Shown: piece after piece, positions 30,104 through 39,021 of the stretch | Layout: every line of letters begins with the position of its first letter | Numbering within the stretch: the first letter of the stretch is position 1 | Assembly: GCA_965221125.1 (NCBI GenBank) | Contig: CBDCRW010000006.1 | Location: 160,001 to 224,000 of the forward strand | Reading direction: 5' to 3' | Length of the DNA: 64,000 nt | Source: Alphaproteobacteria bacterium | Lineage (GTDB): Bacteria > Pseudomonadota > Alphaproteobacteria > UBA828 | The notes under the pieces: model-generated | What the model was told of the DNA's origin: nothing | The model's input: only the letters and a program-made list of their open reading frames with translations | Database searches by the model: none | Position numbers and translations under genes: made by a program

Positions 30104-30501
30104 ATGATCAGAGTCGTGAGTTGGAATATCGCCAAGCGTTGGGACCCGTGGCTAGAGCTGTCGGAGATGGCGCGCCGGGGCGAGGTCGACGTCGCGCTGC
30201 TCCAGGAAGCTGGTAGCCCGCCCCAGGAACTGGTGCATGCGATTCAATTCGAGGACGACGTGCTATGGAGCCGGCACCTCTATGATCGGTGGCCGCTTGT
30301 CGTGCAGCTGTCCGATAGGGTCGAAGTCGAGGGGTTCCGACAGGTTCCGCCGATCAGCGAGTTGGGCGAGGGTGATATCGGCGTCAGCGGTATCGGGACA
30401 ATGGCTGTCGCGAACGTGACGCCGCTTGGTCGACCGGAGAAGGCATTCGTGGCCGCTTCAATGTATGCGCGCTGGATGAAGCCTCACCCATCCACCCGCA
30501 G
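30104..30501 (+). pseudogene. Endonuclease/exonuclease/phosphatase (EEP) family gene, 5' part, interrupted by transposon
   Basis: 'IRVVSWNI', 'DVALLQEA'; rejoins in frame with 36589-37042 when the insert is removed. Confidence 0.85.
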
Positions 30502-30906
30502 TGTTGTTTCGCACGTTATTTGACGCCGAATCTCCCAGATTATTTGACGTGATCGCTGCCCTGATTTCCCAGATTGCTCGGTCTTTTCCGGATCGAAGCG
30601 TAGGAGCTCATGGTCTCTGCGGGCGGTCCGGGGTCGCTGTCTGATTGAGGTTTGGACTGGTGCTTGAGGAGAGCTGACGAGGTGTCGCGCGGCCGTCGGC
30701 GCGTCAAGCGGCTGCGCCGCTCCTGCGCTTCGCTTCGGCCCTTCGGGTGACTCGCCACCGTCCACACGACGAAGTGCTGCCATGGCCTGAAGCAAGCTTC
30801 CGGCCACGGACTGGCCGCTCACCTGACGTAGTATCCCGGTGGAGGCGCAGCGCCTTCCGGACCGTTGGGGAAGGGTGGTTCCCGACGGCGGTTCCGGCTC
30901 GAACCC

Positions 30907-31947
30907 CTAGGCGTTGGCGGAACCGGGCTCCGGGAACCGCGGGGCCTGCGGCCGACTGCTGCCGTTGGCGGCGGCGGCCGCCGCCCGCTTGTCCGCTGCG
31001 CCTGCGACGACGCTGTAGCCGCCCTCGGCGTTGCGCGCGACGCGACCCTCCTGGACGAGCTTTTGCAAGATTACGCCGACGGTCTTGTGCCGGGTCGCGG
31101 CGCGTTCCCGGATCTGGCGTTGCGAGAGCGGCGCCCCGGCGTCGGCGAGCGCCTTGAGAACGCGGCATTCGGGTGTTTCGGGCTGAGGCGCCCCGCCGCC
31201 GGCCGTGGGCGGCTGGCGCAGCCGGAAGGAGGGCTCCTCTCCGTCTTCCTTGAGCTCGATCTCGATGTCGTCGAGACCGCGTGCGGCGCGATGCTCGACG
31301 GTCATGAGGGTCTGCCGGTCCCGGCGGCGCAGGTAGAGGTTCGAGTCCCCCCAGGCGTGCAGCTCACTGCTGCCCCGCAGGGCCTGCCCCGGCCTCGTGG
31401 CCCCGCTCTTGCGGGCGTGGTGGACGAGGAGGACGGCGGTCTCGAAGCGGCGTTGCAGGTCGCGCAGGAAGCCGAGGATCGGGGCGACGTCCGCAACCGT
31501 GTTCTCGTCCACGCCGTGCAGGCGGACCAGGGGGTCGAGGACCACGAGGCGCGGTGCGATGCGCTCCACGGTCTGCTGCAGGCGGCGGCGGTCGTCGAGA
31601 TGGTCGAGGCGCAGTGTGGGCACGTCGATGACGGCGATGTCGAGGGTCTCGAAGCGGGCGCCTGCGGCGCGGGCGATCCCCTGCAGGCGCTTGCGCACGA
31701 GGTGGCCGGCGTCTTCTGCGGCGAACAGCAGGACCGGGCCAGGCCGGGCCGGGGCGAAGTGCCGCAGGCATGGGACGCCGGCGGCGACTGCGACCGCGAG
31801 GTCCAGCGCCAGGATGGACTTGCCGCACTTCGGCTCGCCGCCGACGATGCCGACGGCCTGCTCGCCCCATAGCGTGTCCACCAGCCATTGCTGCTCGCGC
31901 GGCCGCTCCTCCAGCTCGATCGGGGCGCGGGTCGGGAAGCCGGTCAT
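30907..31947 (-). CDS. AAA_25 / RepA-like (RecA-fold) ATPase-helicase with C-terminal HTH-like region
   Basis: 'QWLVDTLW', Walker A GGEPKCGKS, 'LVVLDPL', 'LVHH', 'LRGSS'; ATGA-coupled to the upstream ATPase (start 31947). Confidence 0.8.
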   Translation of the reverse strand: MTGFPTRAPIELEERPREQQWLVDTLWGEQAVGIVGGEPKCGKSILALDLAVAVAAGVPCLRHFAPARPGPVLLFAAEDAGHLVRKRLQGIARAAGARFETLDIAVIDVPTLRLDHLDDRRRLQQTVERIAPRLVVLDPLVRLHGVDENTVADVAPILGFLRDLQRRFETAVLLVHHARKSGATRPGQALRGSSELHAWGDSNLYLRRRDRQTLMTVEHRAARGLDDIEIELKEDGEEPSFRLRQPPTAGGGAPQPETPECRVLKALADAGAPLSQRQIRERAATRHKTVGVILQKLVQEGRVARNAEGGYSVVAGAADKRAAAAAANGSSRPQAPRFPEPGSANA

Positions 31948-32744
31948 GGCCGCAGTTCCTCGAGCGCGTGCTGCAGGTGGTCGGCACTGACGGTCCTCGC
32001 CTCGTCGAGAGCGGCGGCGGAGAGCGCGTAGTGGGCGATGCGGTTGATCTGGCGCGGCAGGCCGCGCGCGCCCTGGAACAGGGCCTCGACGGCGGGCTCT
32101 TCGAACAGCGGCAGTTCGCATCCCGCGAGCCTGAGGCGGTGCTTGATGTAAGCGTCGACCTCGTCGCGGTCGAGACCGCTCAGGTGGTGGCGGACGACGA
32201 GGCGCTGGCTGAGGGATTCGTGCATGGCCATGGCCAGGCGGCGCCTGAGCTCGGTCAGACCGACGAGGACGAGGCACAGGCGCTGCTCTGCATCCATGGC
32301 GAAGTTGGTGAGCAGGCGCAGGTCCTCAAGGACGTCGTTGCGCAGATGATGGGCCTCGTCGATGACGAGGACCGGCAGCTGCTTGGCCTCGGTGACGAGG
32401 CGGGAGATCTCGTTTCGGATGGCCTGATAGGCCGAGGCGCGGGAGCGCTCGATGGGCAGGCCGATCTCCCACGCGATCGCCTTGTACATGTCGAGCACGT
32501 TGCCCGTGGTCAGCGAGACGTAGTGGACCCGGTAGAGGCCTGGATGAAGCTGCGCGGTCAGATGCCGGCACACGGTGGTCTTGCCGGAGCCCACCTCGCC
32601 GGTGAGCAGGCCGATGCCGCGCAGGTCGATGAGGTGGCCGAGCCTGGCCTCGGCCTCGCGGCGCGCGTTGGACTCGAACAGCTCGTCGGTCTCTGCCGGG
32701 GTCTCGAAGGGCAGGCGGGTGAAGGCGAAGTGGCGCAGGTACAT
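31944..32744 (-). CDS. ExeA/TniB/TnsC-like AAA+ ATPase (transposition helper)
   Basis: 'MYLRHFAF...PF', GEVGSGKT, 'VIDEAHHL', 'LVG', 'SLSQRL', 'GLPRQINR'. Confidence 0.85.
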   Translation of the reverse strand: MYLRHFAFTRLPFETPAETDELFESNARREAEARLGHLIDLRGIGLLTGEVGSGKTTVCRHLTAQLHPGLYRVHYVSLTTGNVLDMYKAIAWEIGLPIERSRASAYQAIRNEISRLVTEAKQLPVLVIDEAHHLRNDVLEDLRLLTNFAMDAEQRLCLVLVGLTELRRRLAMAMHESLSQRLVVRHHLSGLDRDEVDAYIKHRLRLAGCELPLFEEPAVEALFQGARGLPRQINRIAHYALSAAALDEARTVSADHLQHALEELRP

Positions 32745-34072
32745 CACTCGTCCTCCTTCTTGTCCTTGAGGTTGCGCATGGCCAGCGGCGAGGGCGGAGG
32801 CTCGGGCGCCGGATCTTCGGCCTCGATCTCCCTGGCCGGGTAGGTGCGCCTGACGGCGGTATTGGCGTAGGCGTCGAGAGGGCTGGCCTTGCCGGCCGGC
32901 TTGCCGTCATGGACCACGTCGAGAGGGCGCGAGGGCGGCGCGGCCGGGTCGTAGCGCAGGATGACGTTCTGACCCACCAGGAGGGCGTCGACCTCGTAGA
33001 CGCGGCCGTTCAGACTAACGGTGCGGTCCTTGTAGACACGGCGCCTGGCCTCGAAGAGGAACAGATCGTCGAGGTCCATGGTGGCGTCGGGATAGCGCAC
33101 GCCGGCCGAGGCCAGCGCCCACTGCTCAAGCGGGGTGCGCCCCTCGTCGAGGCCACGATGCGGGCTGTTGTGATACTCCCCCTCGATCCAGGCCCAGAGG
33201 CTGCGGTTGAGCGCCTCCAGGCTGTCGACGTCATCGCCGAGGTGGCGGAGCCAGCCGGCCCGGAGGGTGCGGAAGAAGCGCTCGATCTTACCCTTTCCCG
33301 CTGGCTGGAACGCCCTTGCGTGAATCAACGCAACGCCGAGCCTGGCGCAGACCAGGGAGAGATGACGGGAGCGGTAGGCGCTTCCGTTGTCGACGTACAA
33401 GCGGGCCGGGAGGCCGCGCCGGATCAGCGCGTCCTTGAACACCGGCAGGAACGCCGCAGTGTTCTCCGCCATGGCGAAGGCGGCGAACGGGATGACGCGG
33501 GTGGCGTCGTCGATGAAGGCGATCAGGTAGGTCTTGCGCCGGGTTCGGCCGTGCCGGACCTTGGGTCCGTGCATGACGTCGCTCATCCACATCTCGCCGG
33601 CATGCCGGAAGGCGAAGCGGCGGCGATCCGCCCCGTCGGGCGGCTTCTTGTCGAACAGGCCCTCGCGGCTGAAGAGGCGGTGCACGGTGGACGAGGCGAG
33701 CGGGTGGTCGATACCCTCCTCCTTGACCTTCTGGATGATGGCGCGAACCGACAATGCGTCGTTCTCGGTCTTCAGCGCGATGAGGCGCTCGGCGACCTCG
33801 GGCGGCAGCCGCCGGGGCTTCCCCCGGTCGGTGCGGGGCTTGGGGTAGAGCGCGTCGAAGCCGCCGTAGCGGTAGTCCTTGATCCAGCGCCGCATGGTCT
33901 CGGCGGCGACCCGGGTCCTGGTGGTTCCGGGGATCGTGTAGGTCTTCTCGGCTTTGGCGCGCATCATCGCGCCGGCACCCGGTGCACCCACGGGCAGATG
34001 CACCAGATCGGCGATGACGTCGTATCGGAAGAGCGCGATCTGTTGGCGAAGGTCGTCGTCTGAGCTGTTCAT
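32744..34072 (-). CDS. DDE transposase (Mu/TnsB-like, integrase core with Mu-transposase C-terminal domain)
   Basis: HTH N-terminus, 'WMSDVMHG', 'LIAFIDDATR', 'LYVDNGSAY', 'GKGKIERFFRT', 'VSLNGRVYEV...LRYDP'. Confidence 0.9.
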   Translation of the reverse strand: MNSSDDDLRQQIALFRYDVIADLVHLPVGAPGAGAMMRAKAEKTYTIPGTTRTRVAAETMRRWIKDYRYGGFDALYPKPRTDRGKPRRLPPEVAERLIALKTENDALSVRAIIQKVKEEGIDHPLASSTVHRLFSREGLFDKKPPDGADRRRFAFRHAGEMWMSDVMHGPKVRHGRTRRKTYLIAFIDDATRVIPFAAFAMAENTAAFLPVFKDALIRRGLPARLYVDNGSAYRSRHLSLVCARLGVALIHARAFQPAGKGKIERFFRTLRAGWLRHLGDDVDSLEALNRSLWAWIEGEYHNSPHRGLDEGRTPLEQWALASAGVRYPDATMDLDDLFLFEARRRVYKDRTVSLNGRVYEVDALLVGQNVILRYDPAAPPSRPLDVVHDGKPAGKASPLDAYANTAVRRTYPAREIEAEDPAPEPPPSPLAMRNLKDKKEDE

Positions 34073-34117
34073 GGTGCGATCCTCGTTCAGGGACTCCCTG
34101 GCCCCGGGATCGTCACG

Positions 34118-34753
34118 CTACGAACTCTCCGGCGGCGGGTCCGGCCCCGCCCGTTGTTGGAACTGCGGTTTGCGATTCCCCACGTCGATGCCGTGGGGTT
34201 GGAAGCCCAGAGGCGCGGGTAGCGTCCGGAGCTGCCCGGCGACCAGGCCGCGCAGTTCCATCAACGCGCTGTCGCTCTTCAGACGCTCGCGCACCGCGCT
34301 CATGGTGGGCGCGCAGCCCGCGAGCAGGTCGGGGATCAGGCCGATGACGCGCACAAGCGCGTCGTGCACAAGCTTCAGCCTGCGGCGGATCCAACGCACG
34401 GCGCCGGGAAGCTCGATGGCGTCCTCGTCCTCGGGGCAGCGCACCTCGTCCGCTGCCTCCTCCAGGCTGCCGGCCTCCTCCGCCACGACAACAACCGCTT
34501 CCAGCGCATCGAGCGTGCCCGGCAGCCGCGCCGCCAGACAGTCGGCCAGCAGGCCGATGGTCGTATGGCTCTCACGGCAATACCAGCGAGGAACCCTTGC
34601 GCCGGGCGGGGTCTTCCGCTCGTAGGTGCCGTGGCTTGCCACAGAACATCCGCCGTGCGGGTGATTCGGGCAGCGCTCAAGCCTTGCGTCGCGCCACGCC
34701 TCGGTCTTAACGTATTCCTCGCTGGTGAGCCCCGTTTCGTAGCGAAGCTGCAC
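34118..34753 (-). CDS. Transposon-associated hypothetical protein with Cys/His (Zn-finger-like) N-terminus
   Basis: 'CPNHPHGGC...HGTYER...RWYC..SH'; first gene of the transposon operon. Confidence 0.65.
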   Translation of the reverse strand: MQLRYETGLTSEEYVKTEAWRDARLERCPNHPHGGCSVASHGTYERKTPPGARVPRWYCRESHTTIGLLADCLAARLPGTLDALEAVVVVAEEAGSLEEAADEVRCPEDEDAIELPGAVRWIRRRLKLVHDALVRVIGLIPDLLAGCAPTMSAVRERLKSDSALMELRGLVAGQLRTLPAPLGFQPHGIDVGNRKPQFQQRAGPDPPPESS

Positions 34754-34951
34754 CGGCCCTGGCCCGGCGGGAGTTCCGTCCCCCGGGCCTCTCTTTGTCG
34801 TTCAGTGAGAGGCCAAGATTACGGACGCTCCCCGCCGCCGCCAAGCTGTGGAGCCGTGGACGCGTCCTGCGGACCGATCGGCGTCCTGCGGACCGTGTGG
34901 ACAGCCCGTGGACAAGCTGGCGCTTGCCCACCGCCTGACCACACTCGCCGA

Positions 34952-36404
34952 GGTTGTGTCCCCAGACGTGGTGTAGGAGCTCCCGCTACCCCCGGTAGCT
35001 GTGGGTAACCGGCTTGGCGCCGCGACCGCCCTCGAGTCTGGTGGCGCCAAGCCGGTTATCCACAGCGGGGTGGCCATCGCGGTTCCGGTTTAGGGTTTGG
35101 GTGAATCCGAATCGACCCGAGCCTAAGGAGAACCACGATGACCGATGACAAGCTTACCCTGCGGACGCTGTTGGAGAAGAGCTCTGACGCCGATCTGCTG
35201 CGTGAGATGATCGCCTTCTCTGCGCAGCGCCTTATGGAGCTGGAAGTCGAGGGCCTGACCGGCGCCGAGCATGGCGCGCGGACGCCGGAGCGGATCAACC
35301 AGCGCAACGGCTACCGCGATCGGCCTTGGGAGACCCGGGCCGGCACGGTCGACCTGAAGATTCCGAAGCTCAGGAAGGGGAGCTACTTCCCCGGCTTCCT
35401 GGAGCCCCGACGGACGGCGGAGAAGGCGCTCACGGCGGTGATCCAGGAGGCCTACATCCAGGGGGTATCGACCCGCTCGGTCGACGAACTGGTTCAGGCC
35501 ATGGGCATGAGCGGGATATCGAAGAGCCAGGTCTCGCGCCTTTGCGGGGAGATAGACGACAAGATCCGCAGCTTCCTCGACCGCCCGCTCGAAGGCGACT
35601 GGCCCTATCTCTGGCTGGATGCGACTTACGTGAAGGTGCGCGAGGCCGGGCGCATCGTCCCGGTCGCGGTCACCGTGGCCGTCGCGGTCAACGACCAGGG
35701 CCGGCGCGAGATCCTCGGCATGGCGATCGGCGCCTCCGAGGCCGAGACCTTCTGGACCGAGTTCCTGCGCTCGCTGACCAGGCGCGGCCTGCGCGGCGTG
35801 CAGCTGGTGATCTCCGACGACCACAAGGGCCTGAAGGCCGCCACCACCCGGATCCTCGGCGCCACCTGGCAGAGATGCCGCGTCCACTTCATGCGCAACC
35901 TGCTGGCCCATGCCGGCAAGCAGGGCCGGCGCGTCGTCTCCGCCTTCGTCGCCACCGCCTTCGCCCAGGACGATGCCGAGGCCGCTGCCGCCCAGTGGCG
36001 CCTGATCGCCGACCAGCTCAGGCCCAAGGCCTCCAAGCTGGCGGCCCTCATGGACGAGGCCCAGCACGACGTCCTCGCCTACATGAGCTTCCCCAAGGAG
36101 CACCGGGTCAAGCTTCACTCGACCAACCCGCTCGAACGCGTCAACGGCGAGATCAAGCGACGCACCAACGTCGTCGGCATCTTCCCCAACGAGGACGCCA
36201 TCACCCGCCTCGTCGGCGCCGTGCTGCTCGAGCAGAACGACGAATGGACCGTCGGAAGGAGGTACATGACGCTGGAATCGATCGCTCCCCTGAGCGACAA
36301 TCCCACGATCAAGCTGTCCGCTGTGGCAGCCTGAATAACCCGGCCCTACCCGCCGGATGCCGCGTAAAGCGCGACGCTCTTACACCACTCCTCGGGACAC
36401 GATC
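34952..36404 (+). mobile_element. IS256-family insertion sequence
   Basis: Imperfect TIRs GGTTGTGTCCCCAGACGTGGTGTA / GATCGTGTCCCGAGGAGTGGTGTA (reverse complement); 8-bp TSD CTCGCCGA at 34944-34951 and 36405-36412. Confidence 0.92.
35138..36334 (+). CDS. IS256-family transposase
   Basis: 'RNGYRDR', '[11 protein letters not shown]', 'YLWLDATY', 'ISDDHKGL', '[11 protein letters not shown]', '[16 protein letters not shown]'. Confidence 0.95.
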   Translation: MTDDKLTLRTLLEKSSDADLLREMIAFSAQRLMELEVEGLTGAEHGARTPERINQRNGYRDRPWETRAGTVDLKIPKLRKGSYFPGFLEPRRTAEKALTAVIQEAYIQGVSTRSVDELVQAMGMSGISKSQVSRLCGEIDDKIRSFLDRPLEGDWPYLWLDATYVKVREAGRIVPVAVTVAVAVNDQGRREILGMAIGASEAETFWTEFLRSLTRRGLRGVQLVISDDHKGLKAATTRILGATWQRCRVHFMRNLLAHAGKQGRRVVSAFVATAFAQDDAEAAAAQWRLIADQLRPKASKLAALMDEAQHDVLAYMSFPKEHRVKLHSTNPLERVNGEIKRRTNVVGIFPNEDAITRLVGAVLLEQNDEWTVGRRYMTLESIAPLSDNPTIKLSAVAA

Positions 36405-36588
36405 CTCGCCGATCTCGCGCCCACCGCTCCACAGCTTCAACAGCAATGAGGATTCTGCTGAGGATCAAAAAAATGCCGCAGGCAGCGTCCTTCCCGCACT
36501 CGGCCACCATCCCGGGAAATCCACCAACCAATCAAAGTGAGAAAAAAACCCGTGCTTCTATCCGGCTAGACCGGAAAACAACACGCAG

Positions 36589-37042
36589 TCCGTGGAGGGC
36601 AGGGGCTTCCGACGTTTCAGCCCACCGGATCCTCTCGGACCTCTCGGCCTTGATCGGCCACGAGGATCCATCCCGGCACCGAATTCTCGCGGCGGGAGAT
36701 CTGAACATGATCTACGGTGCGACCGGGCGAACCCTGGCACTGCCTGAGCGCGACCGCTCCGTCTGGAACCGCTTCGAGGCGCTCGGCCTGGAGTTTCTCG
36801 GGCCTCAAGCGCCGAACGGCCGACAGTCCCTGGTGCCACCGCCCGATGTGCCGCCGGACACGCAAAACGTTCCGACCTTCTATCCCGTCGGCAAGTCTGC
36901 GGCCGATGCCGCGGTCCAGCTCGACTACGCCTTCGCGTCGCGCGGCTTCCATGAAATGGTGAAGGTGCGCGCCCTCAACAATGTTGATGAGTGGGGCTCA
37001 AGCGACCATTGCCGGCTGCTGATCGAGATTGAGACAGAATGA
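36589..37042 (+). pseudogene. EEP family gene, 3' part
   Basis: 'ILAAGDLN', 'QLDYAF', 'SSDHC' catalytic motifs. Confidence 0.85.
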
Positions 37043-37138
37043 GGCATCCTGCCCACCGGCGCAGGAAAGTGAGTCATTCGCGATTCCGGTCCGGCAATCA
37101 CCACAAGGTCTATCCTTTGGCATTACGGTCTCTCGCAG

Positions 37139-37380
37139 TTGATACTCAATGACGTCGGAATGAAGGATGTGAGACTGCATGACCTTCGACATGCGATTGT
37201 TAGTAACGCCGTCCGGCGGGGCATCCCGCTGGCTGTCGTCTCCCGCCTGCTCGGCCACAGGCGGCCGGGCATGACGCTGCGCCATGCACACGTCGGAGCC
37301 AGCGAGACTGAGGCGGCGGCGGAGCGTATTGGTGGGGCCGTCGCGCGGGCACTGCGTAGTGATGCAGCCGCAAATTCCCA
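37139..37380 (+). pseudogene. Tyrosine recombinase/integrase C-terminal remnant
   Basis: 'VRLHDLRH...VSRLLGH....MTLRHAH'; expected catalytic Tyr (TLRYAH) is His; no N-terminal part. Confidence 0.75.
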
Positions 37381-37521
37381 ATCGGTCCTGAAACGTCTCC
37401 ACGCGCCTCACGAGTATCTTGACCCACAGCAGTTCCCCCTTCAGGCTCCGAGCTCGAATCGGCTGGCAGAGGTCCACAAGCCGCGCTGGGGCGTGGCGTA
37501 TAGCATCAGAAGCACCGGATC

Positions 37522-39018
37522 ATGAGCACCGGGGTGATCAGGCAGAAGATAAACCGTCTTTCGGGTGGTGCGCGCCCGCGTGTGCTAGACCTTTTCGCCG
37601 GCTGCGGCGGATTGTCACTTGGCTTCCTGGCCGCCGGCTGTGAAATCGCGGCTGCTGTGGAGTCGGATCCCGATGCTGCCGGATCTCACGGAACCAATTT
37701 TCATCCCGGCGATGACCGACATGCTCAGCCGCGTGATATCACCAGTGTAACGCCGTCAGTCCTTGCTGAAGAGCTGGCTCTGAGCGATCCAGCACACGCA
37801 GTCGACATCATTGTTGGTGGCCCGCCCTGTCAGGCATTTGCCCGTGTAGGTCGGTCAAAGCTCCGGGAAGTTGCTGATCACCCAGAGGCTTTTCGGCATG
37901 ATCCACGGTCCCGATTGTATATTCGTTACTTGGACTATGTTGAAGCATGTGCCCCTCTCGCAGTTGTCCTCGAGAATGTACCAGACATGCTTAATTTTGC
38001 TGGCCGTAACATTGCCCATGAAGTCTGTGAGGTTCTCGCGGAGCGAAATTATTCCTGCGCTTATACCTTGCTCAACGCTGCCTATTATGGTGTGCCGCAG
38101 ATGCGGGAACGCGCATTTCTGATCGCTGTCACCAAAGAGCTATTAGCCAGCGTCACGTTCCCCGCGCCTACGCACTGGATTAAATTGCCTTCCGGCTATG
38201 AGGGATCCCGCGCTGTGGCCCTCAAGCTTCTCGCACATAGCGACACGCATGGTCCGGACGAATTCTGGAAGCCATTTCCTGATTCCAGGGCCGACTTGCC
38301 GACCGCCGTTACAGCAAAGGAGGCATTGCAGGACTTGCCGGAGATTGATGCGCGGGCGGAGCTCGCGAGCGGCAGGCTGAAGAGAGGTGCCCGTCGTTTC
38401 GATAAACCCATTCCGTTTCCAATTCCAAACATCCTCACCGATTATGCACGTATCATGCGTAATTGGCCAGGATTCGAGGCGCGTGACGAGATTTGCGACC
38501 ACGTTATTCGGTACTTACCCCGTGATTACCCACTCTTCGCCCGTCTTGATCCAGGTGACCAGTATCCTGAAGCGCATCGCCATGCGGAGAAAATGTTTGA
38601 CGAAATACTAACTGAACGTCGCAAACAGAAACAGACGCTGCGCAAAGGATCGAAAGCATGGCGTGAGCTTCGCGGCAGTATCGTGCCACCTTATGATAAC
38701 TGCAAGTTTCCTAACAAATGGCGGAAGATGGAATCAGATCAACCGGCACGAACCCTACTGGCCCATCTGGGTAAAGACAGCTACAGCCACATTCACTACG
38801 ACAGTAAACAGGCCCGCACCATATCGGTGCGCGAAGCCGCTCGACTCCAATCCTTTCCCGATGGCTTTGTTTTCTGTGGCACAATGAATCCCGCATTCAG
38901 ACAGATTGGCAATGCCGTGCCGCCACTCTTGGCCAAAGCAATTGGAGAGACTCTGCTTTCCCAGATCACATCTGCCATCGACGTACCGACTTCAGCAACG
39001 GCTGTTGCCGGGGGGTGA
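37522..39018 (+). CDS. dcm: DNA (cytosine-5)-methyltransferase
   Basis: Motif I 'DLFAGCGG', IV 'GGPPCQAF', VI 'ENV', VIII 'PQMRER', IX-X 'ISVREAARLQSFPD...QIGNAVPP'. Confidence 0.93.
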   Translation: MSTGVIRQKINRLSGGARPRVLDLFAGCGGLSLGFLAAGCEIAAAVESDPDAAGSHGTNFHPGDDRHAQPRDITSVTPSVLAEELALSDPAHAVDIIVGGPPCQAFARVGRSKLREVADHPEAFRHDPRSRLYIRYLDYVEACAPLAVVLENVPDMLNFAGRNIAHEVCEVLAERNYSCAYTLLNAAYYGVPQMRERAFLIAVTKELLASVTFPAPTHWIKLPSGYEGSRAVALKLLAHSDTHGPDEFWKPFPDSRADLPTAVTAKEALQDLPEIDARAELASGRLKRGARRFDKPIPFPIPNILTDYARIMRNWPGFEARDEICDHVIRYLPRDYPLFARLDPGDQYPEAHRHAEKMFDEILTERRKQKQTLRKGSKAWRELRGSIVPPYDNCKFPNKWRKMESDQPARTLLAHLGKDSYSHIHYDSKQARTISVREAARLQSFPDGFVFCGTMNPAFRQIGNAVPPLLAKAIGETLLSQITSAIDVPTSATAVAGG

Positions 39019-39021
39019 GAT

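Larger units (their letters stand above)
30502..36583 (-). mobile_element. Mu/Tn7-like DDE transposon, 6082 bp including nested IS256
   Basis: Ends TGTTGTTTC... / ...GAAAACAACA; 5-bp TSD CGCAG at 30497-30501 and 36584-36588; encodes DDE transposase and two ATPases. Confidence 0.9.

Noticed and set aside
34998-35066. Long inverted repeat GCTGTGGGTAACCGGCTTGGCGCC / GGCGCCAAGCCGGTTATCCACAGC as an independent element
   Set aside because: It lies within the IS256 left non-coding end and is best treated as part of that IS
30502-36583. CRISPR-associated or TniQ-targeted Tn7
   Set aside because: No TniQ/TnsD, TnsA, Cas gene or array inside the ends
37139-37525. Functional island integrase
   Set aside because: Only the C-terminal ~70 aa remain and the catalytic Tyr is replaced
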